Shown here: positions 1-14,341 of the stretch, piece after piece
How positions within the stretch are numbered: position 1 is the first letter of the stretch
Layout of the letters: every line of letters begins with the position of its first letter
NCBI GenBank assembly: GCA_963779425.1
Contig: CAVZYD010000003.1
Coordinates: 65,519 to 129,518 of the forward strand
Reading direction: 5' to 3'
DNA length: 64,000 nucleotides
Origin: an uncultured Acidimicrobiaceae bacterium
GTDB lineage: Bacteria > Actinomycetota > Acidimicrobiia > Acidimicrobiales > Bog-793
The notes under the pieces: model-generated
The model's input: only the letters and a program-made list of their open reading frames with translations
What the model was told of the DNA's origin: nothing
Database searches by the model: none
Program-made: the position numbers and the translations under genes

Positions 1-754
1 CCGACCGCTCAACGAGGAAGACGATGCTCTGCAGGTGGGCCGGCGTTGCCCAGTACCTGTTGTTGCGGGTGAGAACGAGCCGCTTGCGGGGCTTGTAGGA
101 GCTGACGATGAACGGGCCGCCGGAAATGACGTCCTCGGGATGGAAACCCGCGAAGGCGGAAACCCACCCGGAACGTTCTCCGATGTGAGCCGGGATGAGA
201 TCAGCGAACAGGCCCTCCCAGTCCGAATAGGGGGTCTTGAAGACGACGGTGACCGTCTTGCCGTCGTCGCTGCCCGAGATCGACTCGATGTCGCGGTATC
301 CGGCAAGGACACCGGCCGGTGCCAGGAGCGGGCCATCGCGCAACTGTTGCTGCCAGTTGTAGACGAAGTCCGTCGCCGTGATCGGGTATCCGTCGGACCA
401 GGTCGCTTTCGGGTCGATCACATAACTGACCGTCATAGGGCTCAGGCCGACCACCTCGGCACTGTCGATGAAGCCGGTCGTCTCCGCCTCGAATTCAGGG
501 TCGACCACGAAGGCCTGGGGCCACACCTGCTCCATGACCATCTTGGTCACACTGTTCGCGCCCTGCGGCGTCGACGGATTGAAATTCGTCGGCAGGTAAG
601 GCACCGCCACCGTGACCGACCCGCCTGGGACGAACGCCGAGCTCGTCGGCGTGACAGGGCTCTTCGGACTAGCGATAGGAGGTGACGCGCTGCAGGCTGA
701 CGCCGCCAACGCGACGCCCCCGAGGAGGGCTAGTGCAGCCCGCCTCAGCTCCAC
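1..754 (-). CDS. ABC transporter substrate-binding lipoprotein, family 5 (peptide/nickel type); 3' end runs off the window
   Basis: Not in the ORF track (no stop inside the window). My reverse-strand translation from GTG (754-752) gives VELRRAALALLGGVALAASAC, a signal peptide with a lipobox-like ASAC. It continues VAVPYLPTNFNPSTPQGANSVTKMVMEQVWPQAFVVDPEF...YPITATDFVYNWQQQL...GGPFIVSSYKPRKRLVLTRNNRYW, an SBP_bac_5-like pattern. The start overlaps the secG stop. The listed + ORF 35..685 is its antisense. Confidence 0.65.
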   Translation of the reverse strand, partial: MELRRAALALLGGVALAASACSASPPIASPKSPVTPTSSAFVPGGSVTVAVPYLPTNFNPSTPQGANSVTKMVMEQVWPQAFVVDPEFEAETTGFIDSAEVVGLSPMTVSYVIDPKATWSDGYPITATDFVYNWQQQLRDGPLLAPAGVLAGYRDIESISGSDDGKTVTVVFKTPYSDWEGLFADLIPAHIGERSGWVSAFAGFHPEDVISGGPFIVSSYKPRKRLVLTRNNRYWATPAHLQSIVFLVERS

Positions 755-984
755 CGAAGCGACAGTGCGACCGTGACGAAAGCGAAGACCAGTACGAACA
801 CCACGGTTATCCGGTCAAGGTTGCGCTCGGCGACCGTCGACCCGGCGGCGGCCGAACCTGTCGAAGCACCGAACATGTCCGACAACCCGCCCCCTCGTCC
901 GCTGTGCAGCAGGACGAGCACTATGAGCCCGAACGCGACCAGCATGTCGATCACGACGAGTGCATCGGTCAGCACTTCGGACAA
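745..984 (-). CDS. secG: preprotein translocase subunit SecG
   Basis: 79 aa ORF with two TM helices and the glycine-rich loop LLHSGRGGGLSDMFG typical of SecG. It sits downstream of tpiA, as in many Actinomycetota. Confidence 0.85.
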   Translation of the reverse strand: MSEVLTDALVVIDMLVAFGLIVLVLLHSGRGGGLSDMFGASTGSAAAGSTVAERNLDRITVVFVLVFAFVTVALSLRWS

Positions 985-1103
985 CCTCCTCTAGGCCCTA
1001 CTGCCGGGCAGCAGGTTACCACTGCCGGCACATCTTCCTCGCTCGGCAAGCGGCCGGTGACCACTCGTCATCTGCAAAGAACGCGACGACGACCCTAGAA
1101 GCC

Positions 1104-1899
1104 CTACCGGGGACCCGACCGGGCGATAGACACGAACTTGTCCGCGTCGAGACTGGCACCTCCGACAAGCAAGCCGTCGACGTCCGCGCAAGCAAGCAAC
1201 TCGCTGGCATTATCCGGAGTGACCGAGCCCCCGTACTGGACGAGCATCGCCCGCGACACCTCGCCGCCGAGCTGCTCCAGCTCACTCCGGATCGTCGCCG
1301 ACATCGACTGGGCGTCCTCCGCGCTCGCCGTCCTGCCCGTCCCGATCGCCCAGATGGGCTCGTAGGCGACGACGATCGCCTCGAGGGCCTCAGGGCCGCG
1401 ATCGGACAGAGCCGCCATGAGCTGGGCGGACACCGTCTCCTCGGCCACACCGGCTTCGCGCTGGGCCAGTGTCTCGCCCACGCACAGGATCGGGGTCATG
1501 GCGTGGCGCAGGACAGCGTCCAACTTGAGCCTCACGACCTCGTCGGTCTCTCCGAACATGGCGCGTCGCTCGGAGTGGCCGACGATCACGTAGCGGACGT
1601 TGAGCTTCGCCAGCATCTCCGGCGCTCACCTCGCCCGTGTAAGCGCCGCTGTCTTGGAAGTGGCATGTCTGAGCGCCGAGGGCGATCGGTACCGCATCGG
1701 ACTCGAAGGCGGTTTGCACCGAGCGCAGGGAAGTGAACGAGGGGTGCAACGACACCTCTGTGCCGTCGGGTAACGGGGAGGCCCGCAAGAGCGCGGCGAG
1801 CTTCTGCACTACCTGGATCGCCTCATAATGGGTGTGGTTCATCTTCCAGTTGCCGCTAACCAGAATGCGTCGGCCGCTGGCCTTGGGACTCACCGGCAA
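1104..1899 (-). CDS. tpiA: triosephosphate isomerase (one frame break near 1617-1625)
   Basis: The N-terminal part is in ORF 1390..1899 (ILVSGNWKMNHT...GAQTCHFQDSGAYTGEVSA). The C-terminal part is in ORF 1104..1616 (MLAKLNVRYVIVGHSERR...AYEPIWAIGTG...VQYGGSV). The two halves join if one base is removed at ccGGag. Confidence 0.9.
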
Positions 1900-1950
1900 G
1901 CTCCTGGCCTCATTGCGCCTCGAGTTCTCCTTTGGAGCTCACCGAGACCC

Positions 1951-3162
1951 TCAAGGCTCGTCGTCGGAGTGTTGTCTCGCGTTCGGTGCCTCGCGCAGAG
2001 CCGCAAGACCCGGGAGGTCGCCGAATTCCAGCAACTCCAAGCGAGGCGCCTCCGCCGGTGGACACGTGGTCGATCCTGTCCTCTAGGCCGAGCTCGCCGA
2101 GGGCGGCCACGCTGTCGCCGCCACCGACGACGGTGCGCCCGGGGCACCTGGCCATGGCCTGGGCGATCGCCTTGGTCCCCTCTGCGAAACGCGGGTCCTC
2201 GAACACGCCCATCGGGCCGTTCCAAAGCACCGTGCCCGCCGAGGAGATGACCTCTGCGAAGAGCACCGTTGTCGCCGGGCCGATGTCGACGCCCCGCCAG
2301 CCCTCGGGTATCTCGAGGCCGAAGATCTCGACCTCCGGGCCGCCGGCATCGCTGCGTTCCGCGGGTGAGGTCGCTTCATCCTGGCTCTCGATGCTGAGCT
2401 TGCAGCCCGGCGCGAGTGCCTTGGAGTCGACCGGCAGCATCAAGTTCCCTGGAGATCGTAAGAGCTCGGCACAGTCCTCTAGGTGGGTCGGGTCGACGAG
2501 GGACGCCCCGATCGAGTGGCCGAGCGCCTGGAGGAAAGTGAAAGCCATTCCCCCGCCCACGAGCACGGTGTCGGCCCGGGCGGAGAGGGAACGCATGACT
2601 CCGAGCTTGTCTTTGACCTTGGCCCCCCCGACGATGACGACGAACGGCTTCGCCGGCTCATCAAGAAGTCCTGTGAGCACCTCGACCTCACGAGCCATGA
2701 GGCGTCCTGCCGCCGAGGGCAGGTACTTGGGCGGCCCGACCACCGAGGCGTGGGCCCGGTGCGAGACTCCGAAGGCGTCGTTCACGTAGACGTCCTGGCC
2801 TTCGATGAGCTCGAGGACGAACTCGGGGTCGTTGCCCTCCTCGCCCGGCGAGAAACGCAGGTTCTCGAGGAGCTTGACGCCGGGCATCAGCTCGTCGAGG
2901 CGCGCCTGCACAGGGCCGAGGTCGAATGCGGGGTCCGGCTTTCCCTTGGGGCGGCCGAGATGGGTGCAGGCGGTGATGACCGCCCCGTGCTCGCGAAGCC
3001 ACGTCAGAGTCGGAAGAGCCGCACGGATCCTGAAGTCGTCGGCCACGACCCGGTCGCCTTCTGCCGGTCTTGGTGAGCGGGCACGTTGAAGTCGACTCGG
3101 ACCAGGACGTGCTTTCCCTCGATGTCCCCCAAGTCCTCTAGAAGCGGGACGCCGCGGATCAC
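1951..3162 (-). CDS. pgk: phosphoglycerate kinase (about 3 frame breaks: near 2035, and two near 3050-3085)
   Basis: The core is in ORF 1910..3046 (DDFRIRAALPT...VVIVGGAKVKDK...WNGPMGVFE...STGGGASL). The N-terminus VIRGVPLLEDLGDIEGKHVLVRVDFNVP lies in another frame starting at GTG 3162. The C-terminus LLEFGDLPGLAALREAP, ending at stop 1951-1953, lies in a third frame. Confidence 0.9.
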
Positions 3163-3172
3163 AGCGACCCGG

Positions 3173-4222
<1,050 letters not shown>

Positions 4223-4258
4223 CTCTCATGCAGTCGCTCTCTCGAGCGGATTCACGGC

Positions 4259-5204
4259 TCACGAAACACTCTCCCTCACCTGCCACAAGCTCCGCAAAAC
4301 GCCTGTCAGCGGATGACAAGGCGGCAAAGCTCGGCGCCGAGCAAGCTTCGGGTCGTGCTCGCGAAGTCCTTCTGCGGCCACGTTCGCCACGACGAGTCGC
4401 GACGTCATCTGGCACGGCGCCGAGCGGCAGCGCTGCCCCGTCCGCCATGACGACATCGACGGGCACCTCGTGCTCGCGAAGCGAGCGGAGCGAGCCTCGC
4501 GACGTCGAAGCCCGAGCGTCTCGGGCAGCTGCTCGCGCAGGTTCGCGACATAGACGCGTTGGGCCCGCGTCGCAGCGCAGGCTCTCGCGGATCTCCGGCA
4601 CGACACAGGCGGCGAGCACACTCGTAAACAGCGACCCGGGTCCGAGCACGATCTGATCCGCCTCGCCGATCGCCTCGATGACACCGCTTGGCGGCACGGC
4701 GTCGGGCGGGACGAGCGAAACCGTGGCGATCTCCTCGCTCCTTGTCAGGCGCGCCTGCCCGATGATCTCGCCGTGGGCGGTCTGGGCCTTGAGCACGACC
4801 GGCTCCCGCCGTCGCCGGCAGCACACGACCCACGGCTCTGAGCACGCGGCAGGTCTCCTCCACCCCGGACACGAAGTCACCGGTGGCGGACGCCAGGGCG
4901 GCGATGAGCAGGTTGCCGAAGGCGTGGCCCGCGAGCTCGCCAGTGGAAAAGCGGTACTCGAGGGCGTCTCCGAGCGGAGAGGGCTCGGGCAAAAGCGCCC
5001 CGATGCAGCGCCGGAGGTCGCCGGGGGCAGGGATGTCGAGCAGCTCGCGGAGGCGGCCGCTCGAACCGCCGTCGTCGGCGACCGAGACCACCGCGGTGAT
5101 CTGCGAGGCGTACTGCCGGGCTGCCTTGAGTGTCTGGGCGAGCCCGTGGCCACCCCCGATGGCGACGACGTTCGCCGAAAGTGCTGAGCGGTCGCCGGCG
5201 TCAT
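4259..5204 (-). CDS. yvcK: YvcK/CofD-like gluconeogenesis-factor family protein (at least 4 frame breaks)
   Basis: Conserved segments are spread over three frames. These are NVVAIGGGHGLAQTLKAARQYASQITAVVSVADDGGSSGRLR...GHAFGNLLIAAL, then EPVVLKAQTAHGEIIGQ...IVLGPGSLFTSVLAACVVPEI, then RVYVANLREQLPET. The ATG at 5204 overlaps the rapZ stop (ATGA). Confidence 0.75.
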
Positions 5205-6055
5205 CGCTCGATGTCCCGGTGGTGAACCACGGGCGAGTAGCCGCGTTGGCGGATCCGCTCGGCGATCTCCTCGGCGAGCACGACCGAGCGGTGCCGACCT
5301 CCCGTGCAGCCAATGGCGATGGAAAGGTAGGACTTGCCCTCGCGGACATAGGCGGGGAGAAGGAGGCCGAACAGGTCGTCCAGGCGCTGCAACAACTCTG
5401 TGGCCTCCTCGTTGTCGAGGACGTAGTCACGCACCGGTGCGTCCAGCCCGCTCAGGCCGCGAAGGGCCGGCACCCAGTGCGGATTGGGCAGGAAACGGCA
5501 GTCGAAGACGAGGTCGACGTCGAGCGGGATCCCATGCTTGAAGCCGAAGGACACAACCGCGGTCTGCATGCCCGCCGCGGTGCCGACACCGTCGACGAGC
5601 TCGATCAGGCGGTCGCGCAGCTCGTGCACGTTGAGCTCTCCGGTGTCGACCACGACGTCGGCTTCGTCGTGCAACGTCTCGAGCATCTCGCGCTCTTGCT
5701 GGATGGCCGCGAGCACGCTCGTGGCCTCAACCGGGTGCCGCCGGCGCGTGCCCTCGTAACGGCGCACGAGAACCTCGTCGGGGGCGTCCAGGAACACGAC
5801 GCGCACGCGGGCGCCCGTCGAGCGCAGACGGCGGATCTCCGGCGCGAGCTCCGCGATGCCCTCGTAGCCGCCGCGCCCCGACACGAGGCACACCCGCTCG
5901 TACTCGGCACCCGCCTGGCCCGTGAGCTCGGCGATCTTGCCGATGAGGGCGGGGGGCAGGTTGTCGATGACGAACCAGCCACGGTCCTCGAAGGTGGCAG
6001 CTGCGGTCGAACGCCCGGCGCCCGACATGCCGACGAGGATCAGGTACTCGGCCAT
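5201..6055 (-). CDS. rapZ: RNase adapter protein RapZ (YvcJ-type P-loop NTPase)
   Basis: Intact ORF. MAEYLILVGMSGAGRSTAAATFEDRGWFVIDNLPP ... FDCRFLPNPHW ... IAIGCTGGRHRSV. Start taken at the internal Met (6055) just before the Walker A motif. Confidence 0.9.
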   Translation of the reverse strand: MAEYLILVGMSGAGRSTAAATFEDRGWFVIDNLPPALIGKIAELTGQAGAEYERVCLVSGRGGYEGIAELAPEIRRLRSTGARVRVVFLDAPDEVLVRRYEGTRRRHPVEATSVLAAIQQEREMLETLHDEADVVVDTGELNVHELRDRLIELVDGVGTAAGMQTAVVSFGFKHGIPLDVDLVFDCRFLPNPHWVPALRGLSGLDAPVRDYVLDNEEATELLQRLDDLFGLLLPAYVREGKSYLSIAIGCTGGRHRSVVLAEEIAERIRQRGYSPVVHHRDIER

Positions 6056-6090
6056 CGCCCTATCTTCCCATCTGCTCGTCGCGCAACCGT

Positions 6091-6843
6091 TCAAATCGCA
6101 ACAGCAGCAAGCCGCGGGATGGCGGACTCCAGCTCGAGATCGACCGAGCCCTCGAGAAAAGCGAGCGGCGGCTCGGGCTCCTCGAGGCGCGTGAGCACAC
6201 AGCCGAGAGCGGTGACCGGGTTGACGTAGCGCGAGAGGGGGCGGTGGGCAAAGGGCAGCCGCACGCCCGGATCGACCTCCTCGAACACGACGTCCTCGTG
6301 CAGGTACGGGCCCACCCGCCAGTAGTGCTCGCCCAGGATCTGGTCGTCTACGAAACCACTCCCGGTCCCCTGGAACATCGGGTGGTTGACGAGGAGGATG
6401 AACCGGCCGCCGACGGCCAGCACGCGCACCGCCTCGGCGAGCACGGCGTCGGGGTCAAGGGCGTGCTCGATCACGAGGCAGCAGACGACCCCGTCGAAAG
6501 CACCGTCGCGGAATGGCAGCCGCTCCCCCACCCCGCGCACGTACCTGGGTCGGGCCTGTCTCCCGGCGCCATCTCGTCCGAGGGCGGCCTCGGCGGCGGC
6601 GGCGAGCTGTGCCACGGACGGTTCGAGGCCGACGACGATCTCCCTCGTTTCATGCTGGCGGGCAACAAGGCGCGAGCGAGATGACCCTCGCCGCTCCCGA
6701 GGTCGAGCACGCGACGGGCACCTTCGAGGTGCGAGATGGCGAGCGGGAGGATCTGGAGCTCGTATTCGAGGTCCGCCCCGTTCGTGAACGTCTCGCGCCA
6801 CCAGGTGGCGTGGCGCTCCCAGGGATCGCTCGCTCGCGCTCAT
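6091..6843 (-). CDS. class I SAM-dependent methyltransferase (Methyltransf_11-like; about 2 frame breaks)
   Basis: RRVLDLGSGEGHLARAL (motif I, ORF 6471..6710) and LPFRDGAFDGVVCCLVIEHALDPDAVLAEAVRVLAVGGRFILLVNHP (ORF 6091..7383). The ATG at 6843 overlaps the uvrC stop (ATGA at 6840-6843). Confidence 0.65.
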   Translation of the reverse strand: MSASERSLGAPRHLVARDVHERGGPRIRAPDPPARHLAPRRCPSRARPRERRGSSRSRLVARQHETREIVVGLEPSVAQLAAAAEAALGRDGAGRQARPRYVRGVGERLPFRDGAFDGVVCCLVIEHALDPDAVLAEAVRVLAVGGRFILLVNHPMFQGTGSGFVDDQILGEHYWRVGPYLHEDVVFEEVDPGVRLPFAHRPLSRYVNPVTALGCVLTRLEEPEPPLAFLEGSVDLELESAIPRLAAVAI

Positions 6844-8779
6844 CCGGCCTTCGATGCCCGCCGGGCGTGCAGGTGCTCGTACACGCTGCGGCCAACCGCC
6901 TCCGGCAGCCAAGCCGAGCGCGAGGAGGTCGTCCAAGGAGGCCGCCTGCACAGCTCGCACTCCCCCCATCTCCGAAATGAGCCTGCGTCTCCGGGCGGGG
7001 CCGAGGCCGGCGATGCCGTCGAGCGCGCCCCGGGTCATGCGCTTGCCGCGCAGCTCGCGGTGGAAGCTGATGGCAAATCGGTGCGCCTCGTCGCGGGCCT
7101 GTTGCAGCAGGTAGATCGCCTCGCTGTCACGCGGGATCTGCACCGGGTCCGACCGGCCCGGCACGAAGACCTCCTCCAACTGTTTGGCGAGCGAGGCCAC
7201 CGCCACCTTGTCGCTCAGGCCCAGCTCCTCGAGAACGCGCACCCCGACGCCGAGCTGGCCTTTTCCTCCGTCGAGGAGCAGGAGCTGGGGCGGGTAGGCA
7301 AAACGTGCCTTCGACCGGTGGCGCCCGTCGGGACTCGGTTCGCCACCGTCGTCCCTCGACGAGGTCCGCCCCCGCTGAATCACCGCGCTCGAGGCTCGGG
7401 GGCGTTTCTAAGAGCCGGCGCAGACGCCGGGTGAGCACCTCGTACATGGCGCCGTAGTCGTCGTTTCCCTGTACGGCGGAGACCTTAAAGCGCCGGTAGT
7501 CGCTGCGCTTGGGCAGTCCGTCCTCGAACACGACCATCGAGCCGACATAGTCGGTGCCCTGGATGTGGCTCATGTCGTAGCACTCGATGCGCAGCGGCGC
7601 TTCCCTCAAGCCGAGGGCCTGCTGCAGCTCCTCGAGGGCAACGGCCCGGCTCGTGAGGTCGCTCGCCCGCCGCAGACGGTGGCGCTTCAGCTGGTCCTCG
7701 GCATTCTGACGGGCCGTGACGACGAGCTCGCGCTTTCGCCCCCGCTTCGGCACGCGGACAACGACCCTGCCCCCACGCAAGCCCGAGAGCCACTCCTCGT
7801 AGGTGGCCACCTCCTCGGGCAGCTCAGGGACGAGCAGCTCCCGGGGGATCCCGATGGGCGTCTCGGCGTAGTGCTGCTCGAGCACCCTGCCTACGAGCTG
7901 AGCCGAGGTCAGCGGCTCCACCTTTTCGACGATGAAGCCGTGCCTGCCCACCACCCGGCCCCGCCGGACATGGAGGACCTGCACCGCGGCGGCGAGCTCG
8001 TCCTCGGCGATGGCGAGGGCGTCGAGGTTCTCCGGACGTGTCGGTCACCATCTGCTGGCGCTCGACTGCGAGCCGGACGGTGGCGAGCCGGTCCCGCAGC
8101 CTGGCCGCCCGCTCGAACTCGAGCTCGTGAGGCCGCCTCGCGCATCTCGGCCTCGAGGCGGTCGACGACCGGCTTGGTGTCACCGTCGAGGAACTCCATC
8201 AGCTCGCCGACGAGTCTTGCGTACTCCTCGGGCTCGATGGCACCTACACAAGGGCCTGAGCACCGCTCGATGTGGTAGAGCAGGCAAGGCCGCCCGAGGA
8301 GCTGGTGGCGCCGCAACTTGGCGTCCGAACAGGTCCGGATCGGGAAGGAGCGCAAGAGAAGGTCGAGCGTCTCGCGGATGGCGTAGGCATGCGCGTAAGG
8401 ACCGAAATAGCGCGTGTCCTTGCGCCGCGCCCCGCGCATGACCGTCGCTTTCGGCCACTCGTCGCCGACGGTGACGGCGAGGTAGGGATAGCTCTTGTCG
8501 TCGACGAGGCGGATGTTGAAACGGGGCCGGTGCGCCTTGATCAGGTTGTACTCGAGCATGATCGCCTCGACGTCGCTGGCGACGACGATCCACTCGACCG
8601 AGGCTGCTCGCTCGACCATCTGGGCGGTGCGCGGGTGCAGGTGAACCGGGTCCTGGAAGTAGTTCGAGAGCCGGCTGCGCAACGAGCGCGCCTTGCCGAC
8701 GTAGATGATCCGGCCCGCTCCCGTCCTTGAATTGGTACGAGCCGGGGGCGTCAGGAACCGATTGGGGTCGTTCGAGCAC
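6840..8779 (-). CDS. uvrC: excinuclease ABC subunit C (at least 4 frame breaks)
   Basis: GIY-YIG N-terminus PDAPGSYQFKDGSG / RSRLSNYFQ...LEYNLIKAHRPRFNIRL. UVR motif ELEFERAARLRDRL. Endonuclease core RIECYDMSHIQGTDYVGSMVVFEDG. C-terminal HhH region LLLLDGGKGQL...LDGIAGLGPARRRRL. The pieces lie in ORFs 8180..8905, 7909..8682, 7824..8183, 7127..7984 and 6091..7383. Confidence 0.9.
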
Positions 8780-8908
8780 TAGAGTGCAGGTTACGGCCGG
8801 CCTGGTACCCCGGCTGACATATTCGCTTCGTGGCCGACATACCCGCGGTTGGGCGACCAGGCTGTCCCCGCCGGCCGATGAACGAGGCGTCCTATAGGGG
8901 GTCACCTG

Positions 8909-10007
8909 ATGTTCCGCCTACAGCCGCCGCTTCCCGACGACTATTCGACGGCACGACGCCGACGAACTGGTCCGGCGCGTCACCACAGCTCGTGCACGCC
9001 TCGGCAAGCGTCTCGTCATCCTCGGTCACCACTACCAGCGCGAGGAGGTCATCCACTTCGCCGACATGCGGGGCGACTCGTTCGGACTGTCCCGTTTCGC
9101 GGCCGATCAACACGAGGCCGAGTTCGTGGTCTTCTGCGGCGTGCACTTCATGGCCGAGTCGGCGGACATCCTCACCGGGCCTCACCAACAGGTGATCCTG
9201 CCCGACCTCAACGCCGGCTGCTCGATGGCCGACATGGCCGATCTCGACGGTGTCGAGCAGATATGGGAAGAGCTGGCCGAGGTGACCGACATCGAGGCGG
9301 TCGTCCCGATCACCTACATGAACTCCGCTGCCTCCCTCAAGGCGTTCGTGGGCCGCAACCGCGGCGCCGTGTGCACCTCGGCCAATGCCGCGCTCGGTCT
9401 TGACATGGGCTCTCGAGCACGGGAACAAGGTCCTTTTCTTCCCCGACCAGCATCTCGGCCGCAACACCGGTTTCCAGCTCGGTTACGGCGCCGCGGACAT
9501 GGGGGTCGTCGATCCGCGCCTGCAGACTCGGTGGCCTGCAAGACGCCGAGGTGAAAGAGGCCACCTTGCTCTTGTGGAAGGGGCACTGCTCTGTTCACCA
9601 GCGCTTTTCCACCGAGCACGTCGAGGCGCTTTCGCTCCGAGCATCCCGCCGGCATCGTGATCGTGCACCCCGAATGCAGTCGTGAGGTCGTAGAGATCGC
9701 CGACCAGGTCGGCTCCACCGACTACATCATCGCCGCCGTCGCCGCCGCCGCCCCGGGCTCGACCATCGCCGTGGGAACCGAGATCCATCTCGTCGACCGG
9801 CTGGCCCGCGAGCACCCCGACAGGAGCGTTGTGTCACTCGACCCGCTCGTGTGCCCATGCTCGACGATGTTCCGCATCGACCTGGCGCACCTCGCTTGGG
9901 TGCTCGACGGCCTTGTCCTCGGTGAGGTGCGCAACCGCATCGTCGTCGACGAGGCGACCGCCACAGACGCCCGGGTCGCCCTCGAGCGCATGCTCGCCAT
10001 CGCGTGA
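8909..10007 (+). CDS. nadA: quinolinate synthase NadA (about 4 frame breaks near 8955, 9390, 9525, 9640)
   Basis: ELVRRVTTARARLGKRLVILGHHYQREEVIHFADMRGDS, VHFMAESADIL, PDLNAGCSMADMA, TYMNSAASLKAF..CTSANA, LFFPDQHLGRNT, WKGHCSVHQRF, IVIVHPEC...VGTEIHLV...CPCSTM. Confidence 0.85.
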
Positions 10008-10681
10008 ACGGGTCGCACAGCTCCGAGAGGCCGCAGAGCACCGGGGAGGCCGTGGCCGGCCCCGAGTACGAGATCGCCCTCGCCATCGCCGGCAGCCGCA
10101 AAGCCACAGGCCGCTTGCTCGTCACCCTCGACCGCCTCGGCGCCTCGGTGACGACCCGCCCGAGCCTGCTCCCCGGCTGGAGCATCGGCCATGTCCTTAC
10201 CCACCTCGCCCGCAACGCCGACTCTTTCGTCCGGCTTCTCGAGGCCGCGGCGGAGGGACTCGAGGTGCACCAGTACGCGGGCGGAGACGCCGGGCGCAAC
10301 CAGGACATCGAAGAGGGCGCGAAACGGCCCGGTGAGGAGATAATCGATGACCTGCGCCTCTCCGCCACACGTCTAGACGCCGTCTGGACGAAGATGCCGC
10401 CGGTCGTTTGGCAGCGCCAGGGCCTGCGCAACAACGGCACACCTATCCCCTGCCGTCTTCTGCCCGTGAGCCGCTGGCGCGAGGTCGAGGTGCACCACGT
10501 CGACCTCGGTCTCGACTACCGGATCTCGAACTGGCCCGCTGAGTTCGTCAACTTGGACCTGCCCCACGCCTTGGCCCGCTTGCCGGAGCGGATCGAGGAC
10601 GCCGGCCAGCGGGCGGCGCTGCTGGCGTGGATCTACGGGCGCCAGGGCGAGCCGGGCGGCGTCGTGCTGCGTCCCTTCTGA
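10004..10681 (+). CDS. DinB-superfamily, mycothiol-dependent maleylpyruvate-isomerase-like protein
   Basis: Intact 225 aa ORF. PGWSIGHVLTHLARNADSF and WREVEVHHVDLGLDY resemble the MDMPI N-terminal domain family. The GTG overlaps the nadA stop (GTGA). Confidence 0.65.
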   Translation: MNGSHSSERPQSTGEAVAGPEYEIALAIAGSRKATGRLLVTLDRLGASVTTRPSLLPGWSIGHVLTHLARNADSFVRLLEAAAEGLEVHQYAGGDAGRNQDIEEGAKRPGEEIIDDLRLSATRLDAVWTKMPPVVWQRQGLRNNGTPIPCRLLPVSRWREVEVHHVDLGLDYRISNWPAEFVNLDLPHALARLPERIEDAGQRAALLAWIYGRQGEPGGVVLRPF

Positions 10682-10725
10682 GGGGACAAGCCCCGCGCGG
10701 CCCCAAGGTGCAACGCGCGAAAGAC

Positions 10726-11195
10726 TCAGGCCTCGATCAGCTCGATCCTGTTGCCGAAGGGGTCCGCGACATAGCAGCGGCGCACGCCGAGGAGCTCCGC
10801 GTCCCAGCTGACAGGGTGGCCGGCTTTGGTTAGAGCTTCGACGAGACCGTCGAGCCCCTCGACCAAAAGACCGGGATGGGCCTTGAGGGCGGGGCGGAAG
10901 TCTGCCTCGACACCGAGGACCTTGAGATCCCCCTTCTCGAACCAGCACCCTCCCCGGGCGGCAAGCGCGGGCGGTTTGGCGTGCAGCTCAAGTCCGAGGA
11001 TGCCGGCGTAGAAGGACTCTGCCTGAGACTCCCGGTCGGGCGGCATCGCCAGCTGGACGTGGTCGAGCCGGGTGATCCGGTAAACGGGACTCTCGGCGGT
11101 GTCGAAAGCCGAGATCGCCTTGCCGCGGGGCGAGTCTTTCGCCTTTTCGGCGTTGCTTGCGCCCCTCTCCGTCCCCGCTCGGACCTCGTGCGGGC

Positions 11196-11199
<4 letters not shown>
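10726..11199 (-). CDS. VOC/glyoxalase-bleomycin resistance-dioxygenase family protein
   Basis: Intact [33 protein letters not shown]...[10 protein letters not shown]...[20 protein letters not shown] overlap with the uvrA stop. The true start may lie further downstream. Confidence 0.7.
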
Positions 11200-14219
<3,020 letters not shown>

Positions 14220-14341
14220 GGGCGCAGACTACCGACTGGTCGGCGTCGGCCGACCGTTGCCCACTATGGCCGGGGTGCGGGCGGAAAGGCCCCGCTCGGC
14301 GCCTCTAGCGCCGAGAGCCAGGCGGAAAGAGGCGTGGAGGC

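Noticed and set aside
35-685. 216 aa plus-strand ORF at the window start.
   Set aside because: It is antisense to a clearly SBP_bac_5-like lipoprotein gene that is missing from the track only because it has no stop inside the window.
14220-14341. SOS (LexA, TCGAAC-N4-GTTCGA) or RecA-NDp-type promoter motifs upstream of uvrA, uvrB and uvrC.
   Set aside because: I saw only a TAGTCT -10-like hexamer 8 nt before the uvrA GTG. No LexA palindrome or TGTCGGTG-N8-TANNNT match could be identified by eye.
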